A stretch of DNA of 63,529 nucleotides, counting the filler, from Choristocarpus tenellus KU-1152 (Eukaryota; Protista; Phaeophyceae), in assembly GCA_964200185.2 (NCBI GenBank). It is 10 parts of 10 records of this genome, joined end to end, with 100 filler letters (N's around TTAATTAATTAA, not from the genome) between each part and the next. Parts side by side here need not be neighbours in the genome. Positions count along the whole stretch, not along the records: positions 1 to 4,563 come from CAXNAD020013996.1; positions 4,664 to 8,211 come from CAXNAD020019332.1; positions 8,312 to 17,060 come from CAXNAD020004372.1; 7 more parts are not named here. One strand, 5' to 3'. The notes beneath the pieces are model-generated. The model searched no databases. It worked only from the letters and a program-made list of their open reading frames with translations, and had not been told where the DNA came from. Shown in pieces: positions 1 through 11,965 of the stretch; the stretch's first letter is position 1, and every line of letters starts with the position of its first letter. The position numbers were made by a program, and so were the translations under genes.

Positions 1-267
1 CCCCCCCCCCCCCCCCTGGTCTTTTTTGAGTGCATTGCAGTAGACTGACTCATCAATTTTACGGCACAGCAAAATAACTTTTTAATTTTTGAATTGCAGT
101 AGTGGTCAACCTTTGAATTATTGTGCTCGTTCTTGTCTCTCTCTACCCTTGCTAGAAGTTCACTGAGAAGTGGCTGACCAGGATGATTAACAGACTTTGT
201 ACCTCTCTCCCCCCGATGATAATATGCCTGCACTGCATGCCTGGGGACTGTTTATCAAAACCTCCAG

Positions 268-2142
268 GGATTTGACAAGAGAGGTTTTGTTTGGTACACC
301 AACTTTGAGAGCCGGAAGGCGTTGGAGATGTCTCACAATCCCTATGGAGCTCTCTCATTCTGGTGGAGTGAGCTTCAACGAGCAGTCCGTATTGAGGGTG
401 TGGTATGTAAGGTGCGAAATTGATAATAATATTAATAATATTTGATTGATAATAATAATAATAATAATAATACTTGAGTAATGAGAGTAGGAATGGGATG
501 AAGTGCCACGAAGTAGAATAATTTGAAGTGATGTGTGTGTGTGTGTGAGGGGAAAAATAATAAAAAAAATATTGGAAGTTGTCTGATAGGAAGGGCGATT
601 GGTTTTGATTGTGTAGAGGTTTTTGTGTTTGGGGAGAAAAAAAAAATTGAAATTTGTTGAGTTAAATAAATTAGAAATAGACATGATTGTAAAGTAATTT
701 GTATAATAATAATAATAATAATAGCTGAAAAAGGAATAGGTGGTGCACTTTCTGGTGATGGTATTCATCATTAAGAGGAGAGGTACGGATAGTCCGGTTT
801 TGCTTGTGTGTGTGTTCTTGTTTTGCGTGGTTGTTTAAAATATGGAGATACTGAGAAATTTGCACTGTAGATGAGTTAGGATTTTTTTTGGAGAACGACA
901 TGGCAGTTACACCATCTTAAAGTTTTGATTCGGTTGTGATTTGAGACTGAGCGCACAAGATGTGCAGGTATTATTATTTTTTTGCACGGGATAAAACATA
1001 TTTTTATTTTTTTATATTGTAGGTAACGATGTATCTCCCATACCGTGTGCTGTGAGACGTGCAGATTTTTGACAGAGCGCTTTATATCTCGTGTTATATA
1101 TATATATATATATATTTTTTTTTTCTGCTGTTCCGATAAAAAAAAAATTGAACCAATAAAATGAAACCGTTTTTGTGAAGGTGTCAGAGAAGGAGAGCAC
1201 GGAGTACTTTCAGAGTCGTCCAAGGGGAAGCCAGGTGGGAGCGTGGGCACTGCATCAGAGCAGGCCGGTGGAGAGTCGAGGGACGCTGGAGAAAAATGTG
1301 AAGCAGGTTCAGGTATGTTGTGTGTGGAGGGATTGTAAGTGTGAGTGATGTCTTTTGTAGTGGGTAGTGGGATTGTATTGTTTGCAGGGGACACAGGATT
1401 GGTGTGAGGTGGTTTTGGCGATGAGGAGTATTGTAAAGGCGTTTATATATGGTCAGAACCTTGTACAGGCATTTGTGAATGGCATTCAGAACCTTGTTCA
1501 GGCATTTGTGTATGGCATTCAGAACCTTGTACAGGCATGGTGGTGATGGAGAGGTGATGGAGAGGTGCTTTGTTGTGTTGTATTGAATTTTGTTTGCCTG
1601 GTGAGAGTAAAAGTAAACGATGGGAAAAAAAGATTGTCCACAAGTAAAGAGGTGTCACAATTGGTGTGCTAATAATTAAATTCAGTGCCCTCTGGCCCTT
1701 GTTCAGTATGTGCTTGGGTAGAGTGGGTGGTATTATCTGTTTCAATATTTTCTGATGTAGAATGGATCTCTCGTTTGACAAAATATGTATATTTTTCATT
1801 TTCTAAATGACTTACTACATATCAACAATAAAAATAAATGTGTGTGTGTGTGTGTGTGTGTGTGTTTGACAAATTGTAGAAACAGATGTGTTAGGTTAGA
1901 AGCAACTCAACTTGGCACAAAGGATTGGTGTTGATGGGTCAAATGATGAGTTGATTGCCCATCCCCTCTGGCAGGATAAGTTCAGCAATGAGAGGGAGGT
2001 GCCACGCCCGCCCCATTTTGGAGGGTTCCGGCTCCGCCCTGATCGGATTGAGTTCTGGAAGGGACGTCAATCTCGCATCCATGATCGCATCATATATGTC
2101 ATAATAGATGATAAGTGGCAAATGCAGCGACTTCAGCCGTAA
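268..2142 (+). CDS. PNPO: Pyridoxamine 5'-phosphate oxidase, 3' part; exons 268-411, 1181-1312, 1975-2142
   Basis: Spliced translation [17 protein letters not shown]...[19 protein letters not shown]|[23 protein letters not shown]...|...[28 protein letters not shown]...MQRLQP* carries the PdxH/PNPO motifs. All introns are GT-AG and phase 0. The 5' exons lie outside the contig. Confidence 0.95.
1452..1538. repeat. 33-bp tandem repeat (~2.7 copies) in a PNPO intron
   Basis: tcagaaccttgt(a/t)caggcatttgtg(a/t)atggcat repeated. Confidence 0.85.
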
Positions 2143-4563
2143 GGATGATATGTGGAGATGTGTGGAATTATGTGGATGGAGTAGGCAGGCAATGTTGGTG
2201 TAGCTCTTGGGGTGTGAGTTGATGCTCGGGGAGGGAAGGACACAGGGGGGCTCACCATGAGATTTGAGGAAGTTGAACTGTGAGGCTGTATAATCTTGTA
2301 GTGAATGAGGGGGTTGCGATTGGTTGATGGTTGTTGTCATTGGTTTGCGTGGAGTTTTTTTTTTTTTGGACGATTATGTTTTTATTTTGTTTTGAAGATG
2401 TCCACTTGTTGTGCTTGTTGCTTGGAAGTTATGTCCCTCGTGTGGGAGGGAGATCAGTGGGAATGACTTGGGAAAATTCATATGTGAGTTGACTTTTGTG
2501 TGTGATCTCCTCTGTGGTGATGTTCATTGCCAGGACTTGAGAGAGGAAGAGCTGTAATGCGTAACTTCGGTTTCGTTTTTTTTTAATCTTCAGCCACATA
2601 GTATGTAATAGTGCTCTGTGGTGGTTGTGGTAGCCCTTTGTGGAATCATGATGATTGTCAATCATGGATCAGATCTTGTCTGTGTTTGGTAAGACTTGGT
2701 GCCAAGGGAAGCCCCCCCTCCTCCCCCCACCCCAACTCTTCCTTCAAATAGAAATGTTTTGAAGTGCATTGTATTTGAGTTGTTGGGTGGATGGTGTGAG
2801 GGAGAGCGGGGGGGGGTTGAGACTGTTGTTCCCATGGTTTTGAAGGCGTGTTTGCACTCGTATGTGTAGTGTGATGATGAGTTTGTGGGACTTGGATATA
2901 ATATATCTTATCTCAGGTTTTTGCCTGAAGAAACCTTGAGAGGAAAGACTGTCTGAAGGATTATCATATATCCCATGGGTTTGGGGATTGAACATTGTAT
3001 TTGTTTTTAGATGGAGGGAAGAGCGGGCTGTGGAAGAGATGGCTGTTGAGGATCTCTTGCCCTAATGCGTAAGTGTTAGAGGTGGGATGAGTCATAGAGA
3101 AGTCTCTCAGTCAAGGCTAAAGAGAGTTCTTGGGAAAATTTATTAGAAGGCTATTATGTGGTAGTTTGACACTTGATATTGATACATTCACCCAATATGG
3201 CTGTACGATAATATTGATCCAGTCAAGCACAATAATTTCATTTATGTGATGTGAGCTGATGCCCAGAGGTGTTCTCTGTTTTGGTTCTATTTGTTGTATT
3301 CAAGCTGTGCTTCCCTTTCCTGAGGTTGAGAGAGCGATGTAGCATCCACTGGGTCTACTGTGGAAATGGGGTTATATTAGAGGATAAAATTCATGCTGGG
3401 TAAATTGGTATATTTGTCCTGTATGTTCCGAATTTTTATGAGTAGAGACATTCCTTATATTCCAGAGTTTTGCCACCACCAGGTAGAATTGTTACTATGG
3501 ATGTGCTCCCAGGAGGGCCAAATCCATTACTCACATTGTACTCATACTCATGGTGGAACATGGATTGCATAAAAAACAGCCGATTTCAAAAATTGAGGAT
3601 GGAGCTTTTACCACCAAGCCTTCAACTTCAACCTTCAACTCCTTCACCCTACTCTGTCGACTGGTTTTGTTTTGGTGTCTGATATTGTAACCCCTTTGTA
3701 GATGACGTACCCACATCCATGCGGTGAGTCAATAGTATATAGTTTTGCTTTTCATCCAAACAATAAATATCCGTTGCTTGTTGCGTAAAAAATACTCTCT
3801 GTAACCTGTACCCCGTGTTCGAGCCGATTAGACTCTAGAATAATAAGATGGACACTGCTGACAGGCTGGGTTACTCTTATTATACTATTTGCACTATTTC
3901 AGAACGAATTGTTAGAATTAAGACAACTAATAGCTAAAATAAACAACTTGAAGATACTGACAATATTCTCTGGGTGAGAAAATTGCCATGCTCGTTCTTT
4001 TAACAGCCGATTTCAAAAATTGAGGATGGAGCTTTTCATTGAGGATGGGCTTGACCCCAAATTGACTGGGATAAAGTATATATAACATATCGATATGCTT
4101 TATTTTCCCTTAATATGTGGCTAAGATTGCAGACCTGTCAACTTCATCGGCATTGAATTTATGTATTATACGACTTAACTCCAGGTCACTAATATGTGCA
4201 TGTAAATGCTTTGAGGTAAGTTTATGTTGAAATATATCACTTACATCTACCATCATGGAACTCAGTGTAACTCAGTGTAAAGACATGTTACTTGAAGGAA
4301 CACAAATAATGTGTAGGTTCGCGGTTTGAAGGAATATTAAAACTTTGAATTCTGTGAATCGTCGTTTCTCGTGAAGTCCTCTGTGTAGAGGCTTGAAGTG
4401 TTGTAGGCGAAGAAGTGACCCAGTTCACTGAAGCACTGGTGAATTCATTGAAATGAATATTGTAACATGCTCTGTGCAGAGGCTGATCAAATTACTGCAA
4501 TAACAGGGGATTCTCAAAATTGAGGATGGAGCGGGACTATGAGGATGGTTGTTCTGCGAAAAC

Positions 4564-4663
4564 NNNNNNNNNNNNNNNNNNNNNNNNNNNNNNNNNNNNN
4601 NNNNNNNTTAATTAATTAANNNNNNNNNNNNNNNNNNNNNNNNNNNNNNNNNNNNNNNNNNNN
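4564..4663. other. Artificial contig linker N...TTAATTAATTAA...N (nine such linkers in the window)
   Basis: The same 100-nt N-padded all-frame-stop linker also occurs at 8212, 17061, 21235, 27643, 34513, 38491, 52698 and 56172. Confidence 0.98.
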
Positions 4664-4949
4664 GTACACATTTTACCTACTCCGAAACATTTTGAAGTCG
4701 TAAAATGTCATTAAAAAACCCATGGGAAGCCAAGCCCCGCAAATGTATACATTTTACCTACTCCGAAACATTTTGGAATCGGAAAATATCATTAAAAAAC
4801 CCATGAGAAGCCAAGCCCCACAAATGTATACATTTTGCCTACTCCAAAACATTTTGGAGTCGGAAAATGTCATAAAAAACCCATGGGAAGCCAAGCACCA
4901 GAAATTGACAAACAGGGAAAAAATCGTACCCTCTAAGATAGTTTCACTC
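4664..4949 (+). mobile_element. MITE family A copy, 5'-truncated by the contig end, with an internal ~80-bp segment triplicated
   Basis: Ends ...cgtaccctctaagatagtttcactc. The segment tacattttacctactcc...aagccaagccc occurs three times. Confidence 0.85.
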
Positions 4950-5050
4950 CATAGTCCACGTCCCTCTCCTCACTTATCACAACACCCCAAAAAATCAGAC
5001 CCCTCGACGTCATGCAGGATGAATCAATGAACAATCGACTTGTCACTCAC

Positions 5051-5495
5051 GGTTGATATTGCTTCCCAATCAAATCCCCTCCTAATGTAGAATTCTGTCT
5101 CCCAGCTCCTGCAACCTACGAGATCCGCTGTGAAGTTCTCCATGTAGGCCCTAGAAAAGGTGTACGTTCCTGCCGATGTAGTACTTTCAACTTCAACAGA
5201 CTGAGTGAGGCAGTGGAAGTCCTTTGTCGAGGATTGTTGCTCAAGTTCTTCTCCAGAAGATGGAAATGCCAAGAGGCATCCTATACAGTAGAGTAGTGGT
5301 GATACGTATCTTACCAGCGACGACTATCACGGCAGAAAGGGGGAAGAACAGAGGTTGAGTTGCTTCCAACTCACCCGATACAGTAGTACCGTTGCAGGCG
5401 ATATGTAACGTTGGAAGGGTGTTTTGCCTCCAGGTTTCCTCCTCCGCTGGATCCCCAGCGCTTCCTACTGATGTGTTAGGTCCTGGAAGTGACAT
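5051..5495 (-). CDS. Unknown protein, 5' part; exons 5495-5375 and 5280-5051
   Basis: ATG at 5495, donor G|GTGAGT (phase 1), acceptor tatag|GA restores an open frame, second donor ACC|GTGAGT. No recognisable domain. Confidence 0.55.
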
Positions 5496-6047
5496 TCATT
5501 CCATTTCTGCTACATTCATGATAGGATGAAGAGTGACATTATATTTCCTTGTCCAATCACCTCTTTATCGCATTGAAGCAGTTATGCTTCATGCTAGGGG
5601 GGCATGTTACAGGCGATACGTCTTGATGGCGGTTTCATAAACACCAGTATGACCTTGAAGTCCTAGATTTGATATATTTTGTACTTCTTGACTATTTATT
5701 TATTATTTATAGGTATTATACCCCCACATACTACATCGGTGCCAGTTCCTTTTATAGATGATATTGATGATACTTATGAAGGGAATAATCCAAGTGAGAG
5801 ATCCAGCATACTTGACGAGTTGTGCATCAGGAGTCCTTTACATGCATCATCGCCATTTACAGACTTGTGGACTGGAGCTATACATCCTGTGGAGGTAAGG
5901 TTCTGGAGTGTGATGTAAGAGTACTACCTGATATAGTATTCACAAAGAGTATGGGAACAGGATTGCCAACTGAAATGGGGTTACCTTGATTGAGTTCCAC
6001 TTTACAATGCGATACTTTGTTTTGCTCTCGAATTCTGGATTATTATT

Positions 6048-6307
6048 GAGCTATGGCATTCAAGAGGGTAGGGTTGGTCCGTTTGGGGTCATAAATCCCA
6101 TGTTGCGATTTTGATAAATTTTGGCTTTCGTGTTTGTTAGTTAGTGTCAATATCCTTGCTCGGGGCACACCTTTCAGAGTCCAATACATGTTTGGTACCT
6201 GTGTTCATACAGAAAACCGAAGAAGGGCATAAAAACCCGCCGGAAGCAGCCAAGCCCCGAACAGAAAAAACAGGTCAAAACTCCTGCGCCCTTAATTGCT
6301 CTCACTC
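6048..6307 (+). mobile_element. Old, diverged full-length MITE family A copy
   Basis: gagctatggcattcaagagggta ... ccttaattgctctcactc; internal blocks (gtgtcaatatccttg, agccaagcccc, caaaactc) match family A. Confidence 0.7.
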
Positions 6308-6940
6308 ATACATCATTCTTTAATTTGCATTTCACCCATTCTACCTCCCCATTTGAACAACCACTGTATACGTCCGTCACAGACGTCCATCCACCAACAC
6401 CACTCACCACCACAACACTTTTACCACTCCAACACACTACTTAGCACCACTCCAGAATCACCCAAGAACACCGTTTCATCATCCACTTCAATATTGTACC
6501 TTTGTAAAGTGGTATCAATAGCTTCGCGGTCTGTGGCTTGTTTGCTTTTTTTCACCTGCAGCCTCAACAGATATACAACAATAAATATATCAAATTAAAG
6601 AGTATGACAAGAGCTTTTGAAGGTTGTATCCACGAATAAACAGGCTTCGGGCAACGGGAGCAATGCCCCAATGAAATAATGGAAAAAACGTAGGAGAATA
6701 TCTCCGACGCAATTTTGAAAGTCACGGCTTCAAAACGGGTTAAAATGAAGTGGTTGGCTGAACTCCTTGCAGAAAACTGGACCGGGTTAGGTCGCTGCCC
6801 AAGTTTGCCCGGTGGGGCTGCACCGAAAAAAAAAGAAGACAAAACTCCCAAGATTTCCAGACATTTTTTTATCGGGACATCTTTTTAACGCCTTTTGTAG
6901 ATTTTCTGTGAGCACACACACACATGACTTACACACCAAC

Positions 6941-8211
6941 ATGAACCACAACGGTAAGACAAGGAGGGCCACCGAGGCCACTCTGCCCCCTGGATCTATC
7001 CTCCGCAACTTCTCTGTTGAAAGGCGACGGAAAAACAAGTACTGTGTGACACTCAGTGTGATGTTAGGCGACGAGAAAGTGCGAGTAGTGTGGCGCAGCG
7101 GCATGATCGAATCGCGAAATGGACCACGTGGTGATGACACTGACGCTAAGAGAAGATGCATTGAAAGCATTACCACACAAACGTGGTTGTGTCTTCAACC
7201 ACTTCGGAGAACTGCTCTGCAAGAACTGGCACCTCGGGAAAACAGGAAGAGAGCGGCGAGTCCATCACCAGGTGGTACTGAGACGAAGTCTGTGGGGAAG
7301 CCTGGTAGCGGTGGGCGAAGGGAGAACCAGAGCGGCCGCCTGAAGGGAAGGTTGGGGAAGAGAGCAGTGCGACTGTGTACCGTTGTGCTCAGGAAACGCC
7401 TAAACGAAAACCCGGACGGGTGTAGGATATCTTTGTAGTCAACAGTTGCAGCAGGCCCTGGCTGTTTGGAAGCTGTGCGACCCGGAGTGGCTTAAGGAAA
7501 CGAGAAAGAAGGTGTTAGGGTTGGGCTACAAGGGCTCTGAAGCCCGAAAGAAGGTTGAAAGGGCTTGCAAGGCGGAGGAGAAATCGATCGTAACAAAGGC
7601 AGCTGTTGGAGACTTTTCGATATACCACTAAATCCTTTACTTCGAAGAGGTCGTGAAGCAGTTGGAGGTAGCCATCGAAGGGGGCGCCAGGAAAGAAGAG
7701 GAGGTGAGATTAAGAATATTTGCACACCAATGATTTGGTGTCTCCCACCTCTTGCAAGATGCCGTACATTCACTTCTGTTCCTGGACTTAGGGTTGGACA
7801 TATAAAATTGGTTAAGACTTTCTCCCAACCTGCATTCATTCGAGAAATCAACACAATTTTCGTTCAACTCAAGCCTGTCCTCCCTCGCCCTTGCACCTTG
7901 ATGACAAAATATCACCCGCCCAGGAAACACAGACGAAGCCCATTTCCAGCGCTCAACGAGGAAATGTGATGGTAAAGACTCTAACACTGCGAATCCTGTA
8001 CCTGTGTATGAACGACAGGAAAGACCGTCAAACTGCACTCGAGATGGCAGCAGGATATGCGATAGTCAGGTCGGAAACTGTTAATAAATGGGAAGAGACT
8101 TCCTAACTAAGGGCCACATCAAGGTGTCGGAGCAAGGGCGCTATGAGAGGTGTTTCGTCATGGGCCTCGACGAGGACAGCCTTACCGAGGTCAATGAGTG
8201 GGTGAGATCGG
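6941..8211 (+). pseudogene. Decayed DNA-transposon-like coding region (IS630/Tc1-related transposase N-terminal part, tentative)
   Basis: Frameshifted reading ...ALEMAAGYAIVRSETVNKWE/RDFLTKGHIKVSEQGRYERCFVMGLDEDSLTEVNEWVRS resembles the 'TIxxWxxDFxxxGxxxxSxQGxH...LxDEDxxxxxxxWxRS' HTH region of eukaryotic ITm-like transposases. Multiple stops and frameshifts; cut by the contig end. Confidence 0.35.
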
Positions 8212-8344
8212 NNNNNNNNNNNNNNNNNNNNNNNNNNNNNNNNNNNNNNNNNNNNTTAATTAATTAANNNNNNNNNNNNNNNNNNNNNNNNNNNNNNNNN
8301 NNNNNNNNNNNGGGGGGGGTGGGCTGGTGGGGGTGGGGGGGGGT

Positions 8345-8387
<43 letters not shown>

Positions 8388-9001
8388 ACTATACTCATGC
8401 ATCAAGAAATATAAATGAAAAAAATGCAACTGTCTTTTTGTTTTTTTATGCAGGCACAGGCGGGAAGGGTAACCATCTTTTTTCTAGTGACAGGCTGCAG
8501 CCTTGTGATACAAGCAGTAATAATAATAATAATAATAATGGCACCGAGAGAGTCAACCTGTTCAACACGTAAGGCATTACAAGGTGTTTTTATTAACCTG
8601 TGCATTACAAAATGAAACACACAACCAGTGTCCCCTGCATATGTTGGCACCTCTCTCAGACAGCCACCGTTAGGCCTCAGTGGACATCATCAGGAACATC
8701 TCTCAAAGTACCTATGAGATATCAAACTAGACAAGGACATCTGCCTAAGGCTCTCACGTGCTGTGCAGGTCATCTCTTGCACACCTGAGACTCAAAATTA
8801 TTTCAAACCATCCACAACACCCCGCCAAAAAAAACATAAAACTTGGCATTTATCCAGCCTGGTTTGTGTGACTACAAGCTGCACTACCCCTTCCCAGATG
8901 CTTAGTCAATGAACACATTTCTCCTCCATCTTTCCGCTAATCTCCCCACAAAGAATTAACTAACACTATTATGGCATTACATAAGGAGAATTCAAATGGA
9001 C

Positions 9002-9596
9002 CTCGTCATTGATAATCCGGGACGAATCTTGCCTCAACCTTTTCATCACATACAATTTCTTACATCTGACTCGACCAAGAAAGTAGCTAAAGTTGTTGAC
9101 ATGCATGTGCCTGCCCACTAGTTCCTTCTGGAAGATTTCCTTCGTTGCTTCATCTCCCTCAGGTACGGTATAGGCACTACAGGAGAGTGCATGTATAGGT
9201 GCTTCATGTGCAGTTGACAAAGTAAAAAGAGTTTTGATAATAGAGTTTAAAGAGTTTTGATAATAGAGTTAAAAGAGTTTTGATAATAGAGTTAAAAGAT
9301 TTTTGATAATAGAGTTAAAAGAATTTTGATAATAGAGTTAAAAGAGTTTTGATAACAGAGTTAAAAGAGTTTTGATAATACAGTGAAAAGAGTGTGATAA
9401 TACAGTGAAAAGAGTGTGATAATACAGTGAAAAGAGTGTGATAATACAGTGAAAAGAGTGTGATAACACAGTGAAAAGAGTTTGAGAATGCCCTTCACCT
9501 GCGCCGTGTCTTCGCTGTGCTGGAGGGACACTGTGAAAGGGTCTGCATGGAGACTCCAGTTGACAGGCGTATGTTCTCTTGCTTCAAGTGACCCAC
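9002..9596 (-). CDS. Unknown protein, internal exons ~9596-9499 and ~9176-9002
   Basis: Phase-compatible GT-AG junction (CGC AG|gtgaag ... ctgtag|T) gives VGHLKQENIRLSTGVSMQTLSQCPSSTAKTRRSAYTVPEGDEATKEIFQKELVGRHMHVNNFSYFLGRVRCKKLYVMKRLRQDSSRIINDE. Confidence 0.6.
9226..9486. repeat. Intronic minisatellite; a 23-bp unit switches to a 22-bp variant
   Basis: agagttttgataatagagttaaa followed by agagtgtgataatacagtgaaa. Confidence 0.95.
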
Positions 9597-11965
9597 CTTG
9601 ACATTGCTCCCAATTTCCCCATCCCCCCACAACCCCCACAACAGTTGAAGTTGAAGTTGAAGTTGAAGTAGTTCATTGGAAACAGCAGCCAAGACGGATG
9701 GGGCAGGATGGAGTGAAAAAAAAAGAGAGGAGGCAATATGATTCAGGCATTTTTTTTTATTTTATGGATAAGGTAGAGTCAGGTGCATGATATCAACCTA
9801 TATGGGGAGGACCCAAGGGGCTATTGAAAACAGTAGGTAGAGCTTCATACTCATACTCATGTGTTACACTCAGTACTCATGTGTTATACTCATATTTTTG
9901 TGTTATACTTAAACCTGTGTGTTATACTCATACTCGTGTGTTATACTCATACTCGTGTTTTATACATCATACTTGTGTGTTATACATCAGTGAGAAAAAC
10001 AACTGGCCCTCACAACAAATGTGATTAGGAGGGAGAGGAAGGTAGGGGTAATATTGAGAGAGGCATTCATTATCAAGGGTGGTGATATTGTTTCTCTCAG
10101 TGGGAGGGGGTCGAAACTCAGGCAAGAAGCCTTATTTCGCTTTTGTCTTCCTCTCCACAGAAGGAGACTACAACATATATATATACATACATATTTCTAT
10201 ATATATATATATACATCTTAGTCTGTCATACCACAATGCTATTGCTGTGGATCAAGACTTGCCAATAAATTTTGGGCCACGTCGACACCATTCCCATGGT
10301 ATCATCACCTAATGGACTCCCAATGCTCACATTACAATTTCTTCAGACAAGACTGGTTAGACGGTATTTACATTTTGCTCCCCCCCAAAAATAGTTTGTT
10401 GTATTACCTTGCAACGGTGCTGCGGCAAACTCTTGTCCGATTGTCACATAATCAGAAATCACCTGCGTTCTACCACATCATTCTTTGTTGTGGCCATGGT
10501 GGGTATTTGTGACCGGCGATGGTGCAATCGCGAAGCGGCCCAACACCAGGATGCCATAGTTCGTTGGTCCTCTGACTTGGGCACTTCCGTGGAGGAAGAG
10601 GAACTGTGCCAGGTTTGAAGGTGTCGATTTTGGAGACCGAACTGATGATATGAGGCTACCGGCATAAATCCAACCTATAGATACAGTGGTGGAAATGGGG
10701 GGATATTTTGACAAGTGGCTGCAGCCTGTGATCGATTTTTGTTCAAGATGAGGAGGACAGGAAAAGAAGCAAGATTGCATCATGATGCTCAGGAATATAC
10801 TAGACATACTGCACAACATAGCAACACGTAAGTCCTTAGCATAACTTGCTAACTAGATTAATGTTCACAATCGCAGAGGGGAGTTTGTCGAACTATAATT
10901 ATGGAGGGTTGCGTTACAAGTTCTTTGATATGGCTTCCAGATATAAAGCCGGTGTGCCAAACTCGATAGGCTCCTTTCACCCAAGCCCTGAGGAAATGAT
11001 TGAAGCACCTATAGCCTAATAAGCCACAGTAGACTTTAATCGATTTTTTTCAACCTCGATTATTCCTAGAACGTCCCAGGACATGCGTACCACTTTGCAT
11101 TGAGAATAGAACCCAGCCTCCTGTCAACAAAGCTTTCAACTCGGCGAAGGTTAACAAACAGTCCCTAACAAGCTCCCAATGATAGACTGACTGGAATTTG
11201 ATATGACCTATCTACCTCGAGCAAAAGATCTTCAATGAATGAGCATCACGGCCTCCATTTCTAGACCCACAAGATCCCTGTTCAAACAAATCCTTCCCAC
11301 ACCACCTGCCGTGACATCTGCTGACCTTCAACGCATATGCCCCTGGTCCAAAGAGGACCACATAAGCCGGGATAAGAGCCAGGCTCCACATCAGCAGGCC
11401 ACACGATATAGGGGAGAGCCTCAACTTCAAAGAGGACGAAAGTCGACGAAGGAGCATGTTCAAGTATGTTGGTTTGGACACAATCGTGTTCTTGTTGTGT
11501 CTACCCGATTTCCTACGCAATGAACGATATTGACGCGATTGGGCACCCTAACACCAGTATCGTTTGTAACGAACAACCAAAAAAATGTAAAATTGTTTCA
11601 AGTACCTTGTGAAGGATATGGGGAAAATCCGTTGACGATCGTTCCAAGGCATGTTGGAAGGGTTGGGTAGCGACCGCACACAGATAGGGAAACCTAGACT
11701 CTCTTTCCTGCTGTTACTACGGATGGAGCAGCGTACATATTAGACTCGGCCTGAGAGTGCAATCCCTCATCTCTGTTGCTATTTTCAAATTTCAGGTTTG
11801 TAGGTAGTGAGTCGTCCAGAAATTCAGTACTTGTGACGTTTGCCAAGTGTAGCAGTGTGCATTGTTAGCCGAGGCAGCATTCTCCTGTGGCAGTGTCTGT
11901 GTGGAAGGGACTGTCTGTGGCAAGCGTAGGACGGCCCAAGAGGAGGGAGAATAGATACCACTAGG

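Noticed and set aside
4608-4619. Recurrent TTAATTAATTAA between N runs, and ORFs running into X residues
   Set aside because: Artificial concatenation linker. Gene neighbourhoods across linkers are meaningless.
5713-5894. Isolated plus-strand exon-like segment (atag|...GAG|gtaagg)
   Set aside because: No recognisable product and no partner exons identified.
8312-8387. Long poly-G tract / poly-Gly ORF
   Set aside because: Homopolymer at a contig end, length unreliable; no coding support.
10250-11600. Broken ORFs possibly from a retroelement (similarly 2400-3760 and 27930-29000)
   Set aside because: No RT, integrase or endonuclease motif that I could identify with confidence.
11690-11740. 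A second CAG|GAAAGA candidate GA donor on the minus strand, divergent from IFT54
   Set aside because: No conserved protein context or supported exon to anchor it.
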